DNA of 60,190 bases, counting the filler, from Thelocarpon superellum (Eukaryota): the NCBI GenBank assembly GCA_026025795.1. It is 2 parts of 2 records of this genome, joined end to end, with 100 filler letters (N's around TTAATTAATTAA, not from the genome) between each part and the next. Parts side by side here need not be neighbours in the genome. Positions count along the whole stretch, not along the records: positions 1 to 30,082 come from JAPEUG010000209.1; 1 more part is not named here. One strand, 5' to 3'. The position numbers and the translations under genes are program-made. Shown in pieces: positions 12,744 to 24,531 of this stretch (the stretch's first letter is position 1; each line of letters starts with the position of its first letter). Under the pieces are notes generated by a model. It saw nothing but the letters and a program-made list of their open reading frames with translations. It was not told the origin of the DNA and made no database searches.

Positions 12744-15200
12744 ATGAGTGCCACCCCCCCGGGGCCGCCGTCCGGCCGGACGCCGAACGGAGGCGGACCA
12801 CCAATGTTCATCCGCCGTCAGAAGAACTCGGATCCGCTGGTCAGGCCCAAGAAGACCGTCGTCCGACCGAAAACGGCGCCGCAATCCAGCGCCATGTCAC
12901 GGATCCGGTCGGAGGGCAACGGCTCTGCCACCGCTGCCGGCAAATCCTCTGCTCAGCCATCCAAGACGCGGCCAACGGCGACTGCCAACGGTGCGACTCC
13001 GCCGACAGAACAGCGAGGATTCTCCGGCCCCGTTCCCACCGTCCCTTATGATGACTATGATCTCGTCATCACGAAACGAGCGTTGATGGAGGGACTGCGC
13101 TATCACGTTGCGCGATTTGCGTCTAAGAAAGCAGTGGATCCGTCGAATGAGCAGGAATTCACCCGTCCCGTCCGCTTGCAGCGTCGGGATCCCAGGGCCC
13201 CCCCGGCTGGTCTCGGTGGGATGAAGGTGGATCCAGCCGATGCCGACAGCAAGGAAGAGCTCCTGGATGAGAAGGAGCGCGAGCGGCAGGAGATCCTCCG
13301 GCAGGAGAAGGAGGCCCAACGACAAGCCGATCTTGAGCAGATCGCGCCGCGCGGCAACCAGTTTGGTGGTGCGGGAGGTGGTGGTGGCGGTGGCGGCGGC
13401 GGTGGTGTGGGAGGTGGCGGCAAGAAACAATACGGGCACAACAAGAAGACCACCCAGGTCTACGACCACGACCAGACCCCCGAGGCGCAGAAGCGGTCCA
13501 AGGTGCGGTACGAGGAGGCCCTGCCTTGGCATCTTGAAGACTTTGACAACAAGAACACATGGGTGGGTAACTACGAGTCGGCGCTCTCGGACATGTATGT
13601 CAGTTTGGTCGCACATCCCGGGCAATTTCGCATGATGCCATTGGAGCGGTGGTACAAGTTCACACCGCGCAATCACTTCAAGACGCTCACGATCGAAGAG
13701 GCCGAGTCGCGCATGAGCAAGGCCATGAAGGAGCCGCGGTGGATCATGGATCAGCAGCACCAGCAGGCGCAGCAGGCGCAGCAGGAGGCGGAGAACCGTC
13801 GTGGCGGCCGGAAGCTGTTCCTAGGCAAATGGGAGAACGAGCGGAGCGGTCGGGGCGGTGCCATGGCCACGAAGACCGATCCAGATGCCGACGATCTGGA
13901 CTACGTGGAAGAGGTGCAGGATGACGAAGGGCCACAACTGATCGAAGGCGAGGAGGAAGAGGCCAAAGAAGCGGAGGAGCGCATCAAGCGCGACCAGCTG
14001 CAGGCCAACATCTTCGACCTCAAAGAAGAAAAGCTCTACGACATGGAGGATGCCGAGGAAAAGAAACAAGCGGAGCTCGCCAAGAAGCTAGGCAAGGGCG
14101 TCAAGAAGGCGCTGATTGATCGGGAGAAGAACTACATTTACGATAGCGATTCAGACGCCAACCCCTACTCCGCCGAGGTGAGTTGGAGATGCGGACGTAG
14201 TCTCTGCCTTTTCCTCCCATCCATGATTGCTGAGGCGTCTCCAGTCCGACTCCGATGGCTCCGATGAGGAGAAGCGCAAGGAGGAGGAACGGAAGAAGGC
14301 CGAGGAGAAGACGGACAAAGGCAAGAATAAAGAGGGGATCAAGGTGCCATCGGGCGCGTCGTCCAAAGGAAACAACACGCCGGCTGGACGGGCCAAGTTC
14401 ACCGACTCGCTCAAGCGGTCGACGGCCAGCCTCAAACGTCCCGGATCGCCCGACCTTTCGGAAACGAGTGGGACGGAGACGACGCGGAAGCGGCCGAAGA
14501 AGAAGCATGGGTCTTCGCAGCCGACAGGGACGTCGACGCCCAAAGGCGAGTCGGGCCCCCACTCACCCGTGCCCTCCTCATCCGCGCCCGACCTGGGCCG
14601 GGCGTTGCCGCGCAAGTCGTCTGTCATTCGATTGTCCGTGGACTCTTCGAAGCTCAGTGAGATTTCGGCCGCCGCGCCGAAACCCAACCTCCGCCGTCCC
14701 GCGGTCGGTGGAGCTGGCTCTGGCAGCGATGGTGAGGCGACGGGCGGAGAGATGAGCGAGGGTGGGCGGCACAAGAAGATCAAGCTGCGGTTGAACAGCA
14801 AGGGCTCGCCGTTGAGCGGCAGCCCGCCAGGCTCACGTGCCGGCAGTCCCAACCCGGTCGGAGGGCGCCAGGGCAGCAATGCGGGCGCAGGCAGTCGTGC
14901 CGGTAGTCCGACGGGAGGGTCACCACCCCCAGCGAATCGTAGGTCTTCCCGAACCCCGGTCGCTCCCGTGGTGGGAACAGTGTGGATTGACGAGCGATGG
15001 TAGTGACGCCCATCACGGAAGCCGAGATCGTCGCCAGCATCCCTGCCAAGGGCATGACCATTGCCGAGCTCATCGCCAAGCTGGGCAAGGCACGCGCAGC
15101 GCTGTGTCCCACGGGTGCATTCTCTGCCATGGTCAAGAAGCATGCCGTGATGGGGCCAGGCCGGGTGCTGATGCCGCGTACGGCCGCTTCGTCGACTTGA
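12744..15200 (+). CDS. TFG1: Transcription initiation factor IIF subunit alpha (Tfg1/RAP74)
   Basis: FTRPVRLQRRDPR, RYEEALPWHLEDFDNKNTWVGNYE, PLERWYKFTPRNHFKTLTIEEAE, then an acidic/charged middle and a C-terminal winged-helix-like segment. Introns at about 14178-14244 and 14939-15003. Confidence 0.92.
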
Positions 15201-16973
15201 AGGAGACCTGCGTTTCGTGAAGTGAATGGAATGAGGTGATGACGTGATCGACGGTCTGAGCCGCGGACCTGAGTCTCCTGCTCCGGATGCTCCACCCCAT
15301 CCTTTGGCTCACCCACTCACCTGTCTCCATCATGCTGGCGACCACCCTGGTTGGCCGTCTGGGTCCACGTAGAGCTTTTCCTGTATTGTTGCGGCGTCCT
15401 GTCCAGCGATTAGCCTCTTTCCTCCAAGATATCCCAACGAACACCAACCATAGAGCACCACTCTCATGAAACATGGCGTCAGTACTCACCGGTCATCCAG
15501 TGTGCACTTGGAGCTCCTGGGTTGTGACTGGAATCCCCGCAATGATGGCGAGCATGGTGCACATCCTGCGTGGTCCAAGTGCTCAAGCCTTGGTTTCGGG
15601 AGCCATGAACAGGGAGAGAAGCATGAGCTTGGTGAATTTCAGACTGGAGAACGTGGAGACAGGATGTGATCCCAGCCTAAGAATCGGATTTGTGCGTTCG
15701 GCAACGTATAGGTGCCTGTGTGTCTGGTCTCCCTTGTGACGTCATACCCAATGCGTAGAGCACGGCAGTTGGGCGTGCCAATGAGCAGTTCCTGCAGGAC
15801 TCTTGGTCGCCCGGCTGATTGTCTCCTGGAAGCGTCAGGGCTGATTCATTTGGATTGACATGCGGGGGGGATGGTCCAGGTAAGGCCCGTGCTAAAAGCA
15901 TGTTTTCTTTGGCATTGCCTTACCGGGATCACGCTCGGCCGGCATGCATGATGCTGGCCGCACCGACGCGACTTTTTGTCTGCGCGCCTGAATTGTCCAA
16001 CAAGAACCGACCCCGTCCCCGGATCCGATGAAACCGGGCTGATAAGTAACGGTCTATGCAGGCATGTCCGTGACCCAAGTTGCCTAACGCTTGGACGCTT
16101 CAGCTGCATTTCCGAAGCAGCCGTCTGATTCGTCCCCGTCAAGCTTGTGGTCGGGCATAGCCTCGTCGAGGGCCATGGATATCGATAAGAAAGTCTTAGC
16201 ATCGACTACGAAGCACGATGTTTCCAGCACCAGATCACCAGGCCACCCGTGCCCACTAACCCGCTTGAGCGTCCAAGCCCTGAATCGCTGCCAACCATCC
16301 TTCTAGATGAAACGTGGTCTAATTCTTCTGATGCCCGTCGACTGTAACACCCTCGATCCTTGCTCTCCACGTTGCTCGGCACTACAGACCACTCGGCATT
16401 CGTCTGCCCGGCTCCCCCCTCCTAGCAGCACCAGCCTCAGTTCTCACCTAGTCCAAGTCTATTTCCGTCTGTCTTCGGCCGCTAGATAGCCTTCCTACAA
16501 TCCTTGGCTTGTGTTTCTTCGAAACGTAGGGTTCCAGGGGAACTTGTTTCCAGCTGGCATTGATGCCTCGCCCCTTGCTCCCGTCACGCGGGGGATCTTG
16601 GACTCCTCCGCTCGGATATCGAGAGGGTCCGGCCTTCCGCCTGAGCTTGAGTGCGTCGCGTGAAGGGAGAGACCGATCAATATATTCCGGTATGCATCTT
16701 CCTGCCGGTGTCGCTCGTGCTCGCCGCCGAGGACTCATATCTCATCTCGCGCCCTCCTCGGTCCATTCTATCTGCACCGCAGGACCTGAGTGTTCCAAGC
16801 TGGAAGACTCTTTTCGTATCTCTCGATCGAGAAACGGCACGTGGCTGTTCTGTCTTCACGGACTGGATCCTCTCCACTTTGACTCCTCCTCCTCGTCGGT
16901 CTCCATCTTCTCCATCTCCTCGTCCGTATCTGTTCCGTTCCGTTCGAACCGAGACCTCCTTCCGAGATCCGCC

Positions 16974-18078
16974 ATGGTCAAATATCTCACCGCCTGGGCT
17001 CTTCTGCTCTCCGTCAGTCTGACTCACGCCATGCCACAAGCTGGATACAGCGGCCAACAAGTCTCTGGCGGGAATGGAACACAAAACAGCAGCAATAGCG
17101 ACCAATACGCCTCTGGCGGTTCCTCTTCTCAGGGGGGAAGCTCGAACGATGACAATGGCGGCAGCTCTGGCAGCGATTCAGGTGATGCCTCCAGCAACCC
17201 TTCGGGCATCAACAACCCCACCGCTCCTGCAGGTTACAAGCTGGCTTCTTCCACCGTAAGTTCAATTTCCTCCCTTTCATACATCCTCCCCTTCCCGTTC
17301 CATGCATGCATCCATTCTACTTTGGGCAGCAAGCATCCAAACTTGTGACACTCAACGCTGACCTGTACTGCCCTTCCAAACAGGCTGATCATGAGTCAAA
17401 CTCACAAAAAGGACCGTGTGGGAGCTGCTCTAGCGCAGGCTTCGCCCAGATCAGCGGACCCAGCAATATCAAAGACGGCGTCATCACTGCAGCAGGTGGT
17501 CCCAGTCTCTTCGGAGCGTGGCCAGGCTGTAGCTCCGATGGCTCCCGATCTAGCTCCGGCGGCTGTGGAGCTTGTTATCACGTCATCAATAGCGGGAAGC
17601 CTATGTGTCCGTGAGTCGTCCCGTCCGCCATCATCCCCTCCTCTTGATGTCGGGACGCCCTGCCTCGCATTAAAGCTGATCCATCTCCTTCTGCTCCAGG
17701 GCTTGTGGCAGCACCCCACAGAACGGACCAGAAAGCTACGTCGTCATGATCACAAATCAATGCACGGACTGCGTTCCCTGCTACACTTGCGGACCGGTAT
17801 GTCCTTGCCAAATCTCTACTCCGTGATCCGAGCGAGCCTCTAACGTACATGACATCAACAGGGCTCAATGAAACGAGACTACCACTTTGACATTTTGAAC
17901 CCAGAGGGGTGGAGTGAGTCTCACATCATCCCTCGGGAGACCGACGACGGGGCAAACAAGCAGACAAACACTGACGGTTTTCTCCCCTGACCTAGATAAC
18001 CCAGACGTCTTCTTCAAGGAACTTCCCTATACCGATTGTCTAAAGGAGAACTACACCATGCCGTACGAGTCTTCCTAG
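16974..18078 (+). CDS. Secreted GH45-like (double-psi beta-barrel, Cel45A/expansin-related) cysteine-rich protein, 5 exons
   Basis: Signal peptide MVKYLTAWALLLSVSLTHA and an S/G/N linker. Spliced domain reads KGPCG...GVITAAGGPSLF...GCGACYHVINSGKPMCPACG...VVMITNQC...DYHFDIL...NPDVFFKEL. Introns 17256-17383, 17611-17699, 17797-17861 and about 17914-17996. Confidence 0.8.
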
Positions 18079-18571
18079 AAGATCTCAGGCACATGACCAC
18101 TTCTCTCACTACTCTGGAGCTTTGGCTGTTCTTCGTGTAGCGCAGGCCGTTGCTCGTTGCTGTTTCATTATTTTCGCTTTGCATTGCATCTACATGCTTT
18201 ACATGTCGCCGGTGGCTTCTGCATATCCTTTTCATCATCTTGCGTCTTTTCATCCTCTATTTGATATCTTGCATTTAGTATCTCGCACAACATTCGCGGC
18301 GTTTTTCTGAGCTGCTCAGGAAGCGTTCACACGGAAAAGGAAAGATGGGAAAATGGGATGAAGAATGGGGGTTTCATCAGGCTTTGATTTTCAGACGCTC
18401 GCTCGTCCATGTTTCTCTGCAGAATGTGAAATATGCGACAATATTTCCACTGCCACTTCCACTGGTCCGTCTGCCAGTCCGTATTATTGTCTGTAAGGGA
18501 TCCAGTCATGAACCTGCGGATGCGCCGATGCAATATGTAATATGATATGTAGACACATGCGTCCTCCACCC

Positions 18572-19631
18572 CTACTCGTCCATCTGCCACGCATACTCCA
18601 AGTCCTTGTTATTCCTTCGTCGATTCTGCGCCGCGAAATACTCCTTCTCGAAGCCATTTCCGCGATCGACCCCATCCCACCTATGGCCGGGTCGGATCCC
18701 GTAACGATTCGGCATGAACGGGCCTTTATACAGCGGCTTACCCGTCACGCTCTTCCCGGCTTGGCGGGACGAGAGGAAGCCCGCGGCTGGATCGTTCCAC
18801 CGGTCGCGCTGCTTGAGCTCGGCGTTGAGGTCTTCGTCGTCGGCGTACCGCGCCACGGGCATGTACTTCGCCTCTTGCAGCGCCTGGCGTCGTTCGTCGC
18901 GCTCCGCTTGCTGCACGGCTCCTTTCTGCGCCTCTAGCTGTGCAGCGGCCTTGGCTTCCTCCTCCTCGAGCTTTTTGCGCGCCTCGGCCCGCTTCATGGC
19001 CACGTTGATGATGCGTCCGCTCGCGTCGCGGTAGATGGTCTCCTTCCCACGCCCGGAGTGCTCGTCGCCATCTGCCATGAACCGTGCCCGTTCCTCCGCT
19101 TGGCGTTTTCGCATCGCGGCCGTCACTTGCTCCGCCGATTGCAGGCCCGCGTGGGCTCCGGATTCCATCTTGCGCACCCCGGCGTCCTGGTCTCCCGTCT
19201 CCATCGCCACGGCGGGGCCGTCATTCTCGGCCGCGTCGCGTGCCGCGTTCTCCGCCGCTGCTGAGGCGATGATGGCGTCCGCCGCGGCTTGCTCGCTTGA
19301 TGAAGGCGCCGGGGCGCCAACCGTCTGCCAGGCGTTCTTCTTGGCCCGACGGAATTCCGCGGTAGCTCCGAGAACTACAAGGCCAAAGATTCATCAGTAC
19401 CACCGCCCATTTTGCCTGTCCTTGTGACCTTTCCAGCGACGCACCTGTCGTCGGTCCATCATCGTCCTCCCTTGCTCCACTGGTATTGTTCCATCCTAGA
19501 GCATCATCGTCGGCGATGACGAGTCCCGTCGAGCTGTTTTGGCCTTCCTTTCGTTTTCGCTTCTTGCTCTTTTTTTCTGGTGCCGGATCTGCCGTCAGAT
19601 ACTTCTTGGCCAGGTAGTCGGCCAGAGACAT
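18572..19631 (-). CDS. BUD13: Pre-mRNA splicing factor Bud13/Cwc26 (RES complex)
   Basis: MSLADYLAKKYLTAD start, GKETIYRDASGR, RWNDPAAGF, PNRYGIRPGHRWDGVDRGNGFE; one intron at about 19376-19444. Confidence 0.95.
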
Positions 19632-19888
19632 GACGAAGACGAAATTGGACGCTTCGTCAACGCATCCTGATACCTGGTCGTATTTAATCACTTATCGTAG
19701 TACGAAGTAGCATATTATGTTCCTACGGGAGACGTCCGCTCGCCCAATGATGCAGATAGCGTCACATGACCGCGCGATCCCTCGCGTCACCCGCCGCTCC
19801 GCCTCGGATCAGCCATTGACGCCTTGAATTGGAGACTATCATGTCGCCTCGGTGAATTTCGAACATCCTTCCTGGGAGCCTCAACCAG

Positions 19889-20471
19889 ATGGCCCGGTCT
19901 GATGAAGCCGAGAACTTCTTCGCTGCGGTTTATGAAGCCGTGCAGGAGGTTCCTCGTGGGTCCGTCACTTCATACGGTCACATAGCGCGATTAATCGGCC
20001 GGCGTACGTACGCATGGCGGAGCCTTTTGGAGATCGCCGTGGCTAATACCATGATGAATAGCGGAGTGCCCCAGGTACTTTCTCGGGGTCCTCCCGACAT
20101 GAGGCTCATTCGTTGACACTCAGATCTTGGATTCTAGACAGGTGGGAATATGCCTGAAGCACCTGCCTTCAGTCGAGGACAAGCCATCGGCGCCTTTCCA
20201 TAGTGCTTCGGTGCCGTGGCAGCGCATCATCAATGCCAAAGGCGTCATTTCGCCCAGGTCAGTTTCTCCATCGTCTACGAAATCTGCTGAGGGAAGAGGC
20301 TTAAGGCTAACTGTATGGAGGAAAAGAGCACATCCATCCGGACCCTCTCGACAGGCTGCAGTGCTGAGAGGCGAGGGCGTCGTCGTCGAGGAAGGGAACA
20401 TGGGCGAATTGACGGTGGATCTTGGCACGTACGGCTGGTTTCCCAGCGCTCTACCGAGCGAGGCGCTGTAG
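19889..20471 (+). CDS. ATL1: Alkyltransferase-like protein Atl1 (MGMT family, catalytic Cys replaced by Trp)
   Basis: VYEAVQEVPRGSVTSYGHIARLIG, RQVGICLK, VPWQRIINAKGVISPR; 4 exons including a 13-nt microexon. Confidence 0.9.
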
Positions 20472-20728
20472 TTGACATGATGAGCTTTCGGAAAGCATTC
20501 CCTCCGTTTACCGCCAGCGTTTTGGAAGTACTTCAAGCCTCTTGTTCATTTCTGCCTGCTCTGAGCTGGAAGTGGATTCCGAAAATGAGCGCCCCAGCCT
20601 TTACGACTTTCAAATTTATGATCTGACTCGTGACACATTCTTGGGGAAGATGATACAAAGAAGCGAGACGCACAGCCCGTGCCTCTTAAGCTAAGCCCAG
20701 GATCATGCAGCAAGGATTCGCTCTTCTC

Positions 20729-22988
20729 TCAGTCGTCTTGAGTCTTCTCAAGGATTGTCTTGATCATCTCGTTGCCCACGCGAGTTGCTTCCGGGAATCG
20801 AGGGGCAAAGTACTGCTGGATCTTCTCAAACCGATCTCGATAGCTCTCAAAATCACCAAAACTCACGCATTCGCTCCATCCCTACACCTGGTTAGCCATG
20901 GTCTTCTCATTCAAGATGGGCTGGGTCCAATGGTCGACTGGTGCAAGCATGTATCGCCAAGGCCTCTCGGTAGCGTGCGGTGCAACGTGAGAGCCAGAGC
21001 GTCCAATGAATGAAAATGCGGGCATCCGCCTATGTTTCCGGTGACGGGACTTACCCGAGCTGCAAAGGTAAACTCTAGGTCATCCGACCGAAAGGTGTTG
21101 TCGTCAATCGCAACACGTAGTACCTCTTCGAGTAAGTCCGGCGTCCGAAAGAGGTACTCCGTGACACCAAGCCAGAGCCGAAATAACTGATTCCGGCCAC
21201 AATGATCAGCTGATGGACATGCCAGACTACACGATCTGGATCTAGAGGAGCGTGGTGGGATACTGTCGTCGCGGATGGAGGGACGGGATGGAAATCTTAC
21301 CGGCGTGGAACATATCATATGATCATAAGGAACGATGCCCAGCTTCCACCAACAGTCCACCATCGCCAACAGGCTTAGGTGGTTGTTGGGCGTTCGTTCT
21401 TGCGGCACCTTACCCAGCGAAAAGCGATCCAATACCTCGTCGCGGAGGAGTAAGTCATGGTCCAGATGCGGCGTCTTGAAGACCGCTGCTCCCGCCGTCT
21501 TCACGCGCTTCTCCAGCTCTTCGCGATGCCCTCCGAGCATCAACTTGTAAAGCTCGGTGACCGACTCTGCGTACTCCTTAATCTGGATCTTGGCGGAGGG
21601 ATTGAGGATCGCAAGACCGGCGTAGACATGCCATTTATTCGAGTATATCCGCAAGGTGACATTGATCTTGACGTTTTCGATGCCACCCACATAGCGAGCA
21701 ATCTCCCACGGGAACTGCCGGTTCGCCGTCCAGGCCGTTCCCATGCTACAGGGAATCATTAGACGACAATCAGCATCGTGAACATAGGGCAGACTCACCT
21801 CAGGAAGGCAGCATGCGTGACGGCTTGGGTATCGGCTGTGATACGGTCATGGCTCTCGGCACTAAGATAAACATGTTTACACCCGAAGCAGGAGAGGATT
21901 CTCTCCACCAACTGTAGGCTTTCGTGCGAGGCTCGGTGTTTAATAAGCACCTGACGAGCTTGCCGTCAGCAAGGATCGAATGTCTGCGAAGGACAAGGTC
22001 GAGTTGGAGAAGCACCCACCAAAGGCTGGCCTTTCGGGTTCACTTGGGGACCATGAAGGGAATGGCATGATACGATCTCTACGTCTTCCGGCAGGTGCTT
22101 CTCCAGTGCCGCCATCTCGGGGGCTTTGCACGAAGTCTGGCCCCCAACGATGGCTCCTTGCTTGGTTGCTGACGCCCCGCATCAGGATTTCATTGACCTA
22201 ACACATGGGTCAGAATGACCTACATGGGCCATACTCGGCGACGACTTTGTCAATCATCCCAGCCTCTACGCTGTAGAGGATGTAGTCGCTTGCCCGTGAG
22301 ACCAGATGCCCGTTCGGATATATCTTCACGTTATTCTACCCCGACCTTAGTCTGCAACAATGGAGCAGTATGAGGAGGGCCCCTTTACCCGATCCGCAAA
22401 CTCCTCTCTCAGCGCCAGATAATTCTCCGCTCGGTCGCATGCATTTACCCTGATTCACGGCGTTGGCATCAGCATTCCATGCCACGCCTGCTTCGAACTT
22501 GACCTGCGAATATACAGTCAGCCTCTAGGGATCTTCACCGGGCATGACGATTGACGATAGGAAGTCAGAATATGCGTATCAGACAGGAAAAAGTAAGGTA
22601 GCTGAGATTTTACATCATCGTCGACCGACCGCTGGGCTGGACCATCAAGATGGACCAGACTGCGGAAGGCCAAACTCGAGCCAAATGCACTCAAGTCATC
22701 AGTGCAAACAGATGGTCATCGCGACCAGGTGATCGAGACAGGAGGAAAGGGATGGAAATTGCTTACGCTGGATCGACGCCAGTAGGACCGGCAAGGTCAG
22801 GTACTCTCCGCACGGAGCGCAGAGCCATCAAGAATTGCTTGTGGGCGATGACTTTACCTCCAACCTGCTTCGCTGATCCTTTTGGCGTACAGCTTCCCCA
22901 TGTCGCCCATGCCAATGATACCCACGGAGATCCGCTCCATCAGCTTCGAAAATTCGTGCGAGCCTCCGAACGTCATCTTCGGAGCCAT
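20729..22988 (-). CDS. TYR1: Prephenate dehydrogenase (NADP+), multi-exon
   Basis: Rossmann motif VGIIGMGDMGKLYA, VGGQTSCKAPE, HSLHGP, ENVKINVTLRIYSNKWHVYAGLAILNP, CWWKLGIVPYDHMICSTP, FRSDDLEFTFAAR. Confidence 0.95.
22577..22706 (-). ncRNA. snR13: Box C/D snoRNA, snR13 homolog, intronic in TYR1
   Basis: On the minus strand: C box TGATGA (22701-22696), then TGAGTGCATTTGGCTCGAG, later GCTACCTT, a U-rich tract and D box CTGA (22582-22579). These elements match yeast snR13 as recalled and are complementary to the LSU rRNA segment AAGGUAGCCAAAUGC. Confidence 0.88.
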
Positions 22989-23400
22989 TGAGTCAGCTAC
23001 GTTTGGGAGCCTTTGAACATCTCAAAGTCTGCGACTGGGCGTCAGGCGCGATGCTTGCTTCATTACCACCCTCAAGCTAGATGATTCAGTTGAATCAAGC
23101 GGGTAACAGTGTGAGGATGAAAGCGACGGTGCTAGACGGTCAAGTGGTTTTCTGTTTGCAACCAATCCCGCTACAAATTAGCTTGCTACCACCAGCAACT
23201 TACGCGCGTGAGTCAAAGCGAGCTAGCGAACGGCTGCCAAAGGTCCTCGAGGAGTTGTTGCGGGGTCACCTGATTTGCTCAACCCTAGGGCACACCCGAC
23301 CGAAATTATACCAACACCGCCACCACCAATTCAAGAAATCAACTCGTTTGTTGACGATTGCGTTCCAAATCCAGCCCGACTTTGAGATCCTCTGTCCATC

Positions 23401-24049
<649 letters not shown>

Positions 24050-24531
24050 TCGCCGGGCCTACTGTTTGGGTTGGAGTCTTTTGCTGCGGATGAAGAGACG
24101 GGGTGGATCTCTCGCCCGACTCGGCTTCGACGTGGTCAGATCGTGGGCGATCAACCAAGGAGGCGGTGCGCCCCGTGCTGGGTACTCCACTACCGTCAAC
24201 CAGACCTTGTCATCATCACAGCTAGAGCAACTCAAGAGTATCACCAACTTGAAATCTGGAGAATAACGTAGTGGTCACGTGCGCCTCTGTGCAAGTCGTG
24301 AATCGACCGCCAACGACTTCATTGAATAACAGTCAAATGTCACAATGACGCTAAGGCAAAGCAACAACCATGATTCCAAAATCACAGTCTCTACCGTAGC
24401 CTAACAGATCACAACCCCTGGGATCGCCATCGGTCTCGAGCGATTCGTTCTGGTTTGACAAAGTACATGAACGACTTTTGATACCAATCTTCGCCTTAAA
24501 TGCGACCTTCCCAGGACCGCTGATCACCAAC

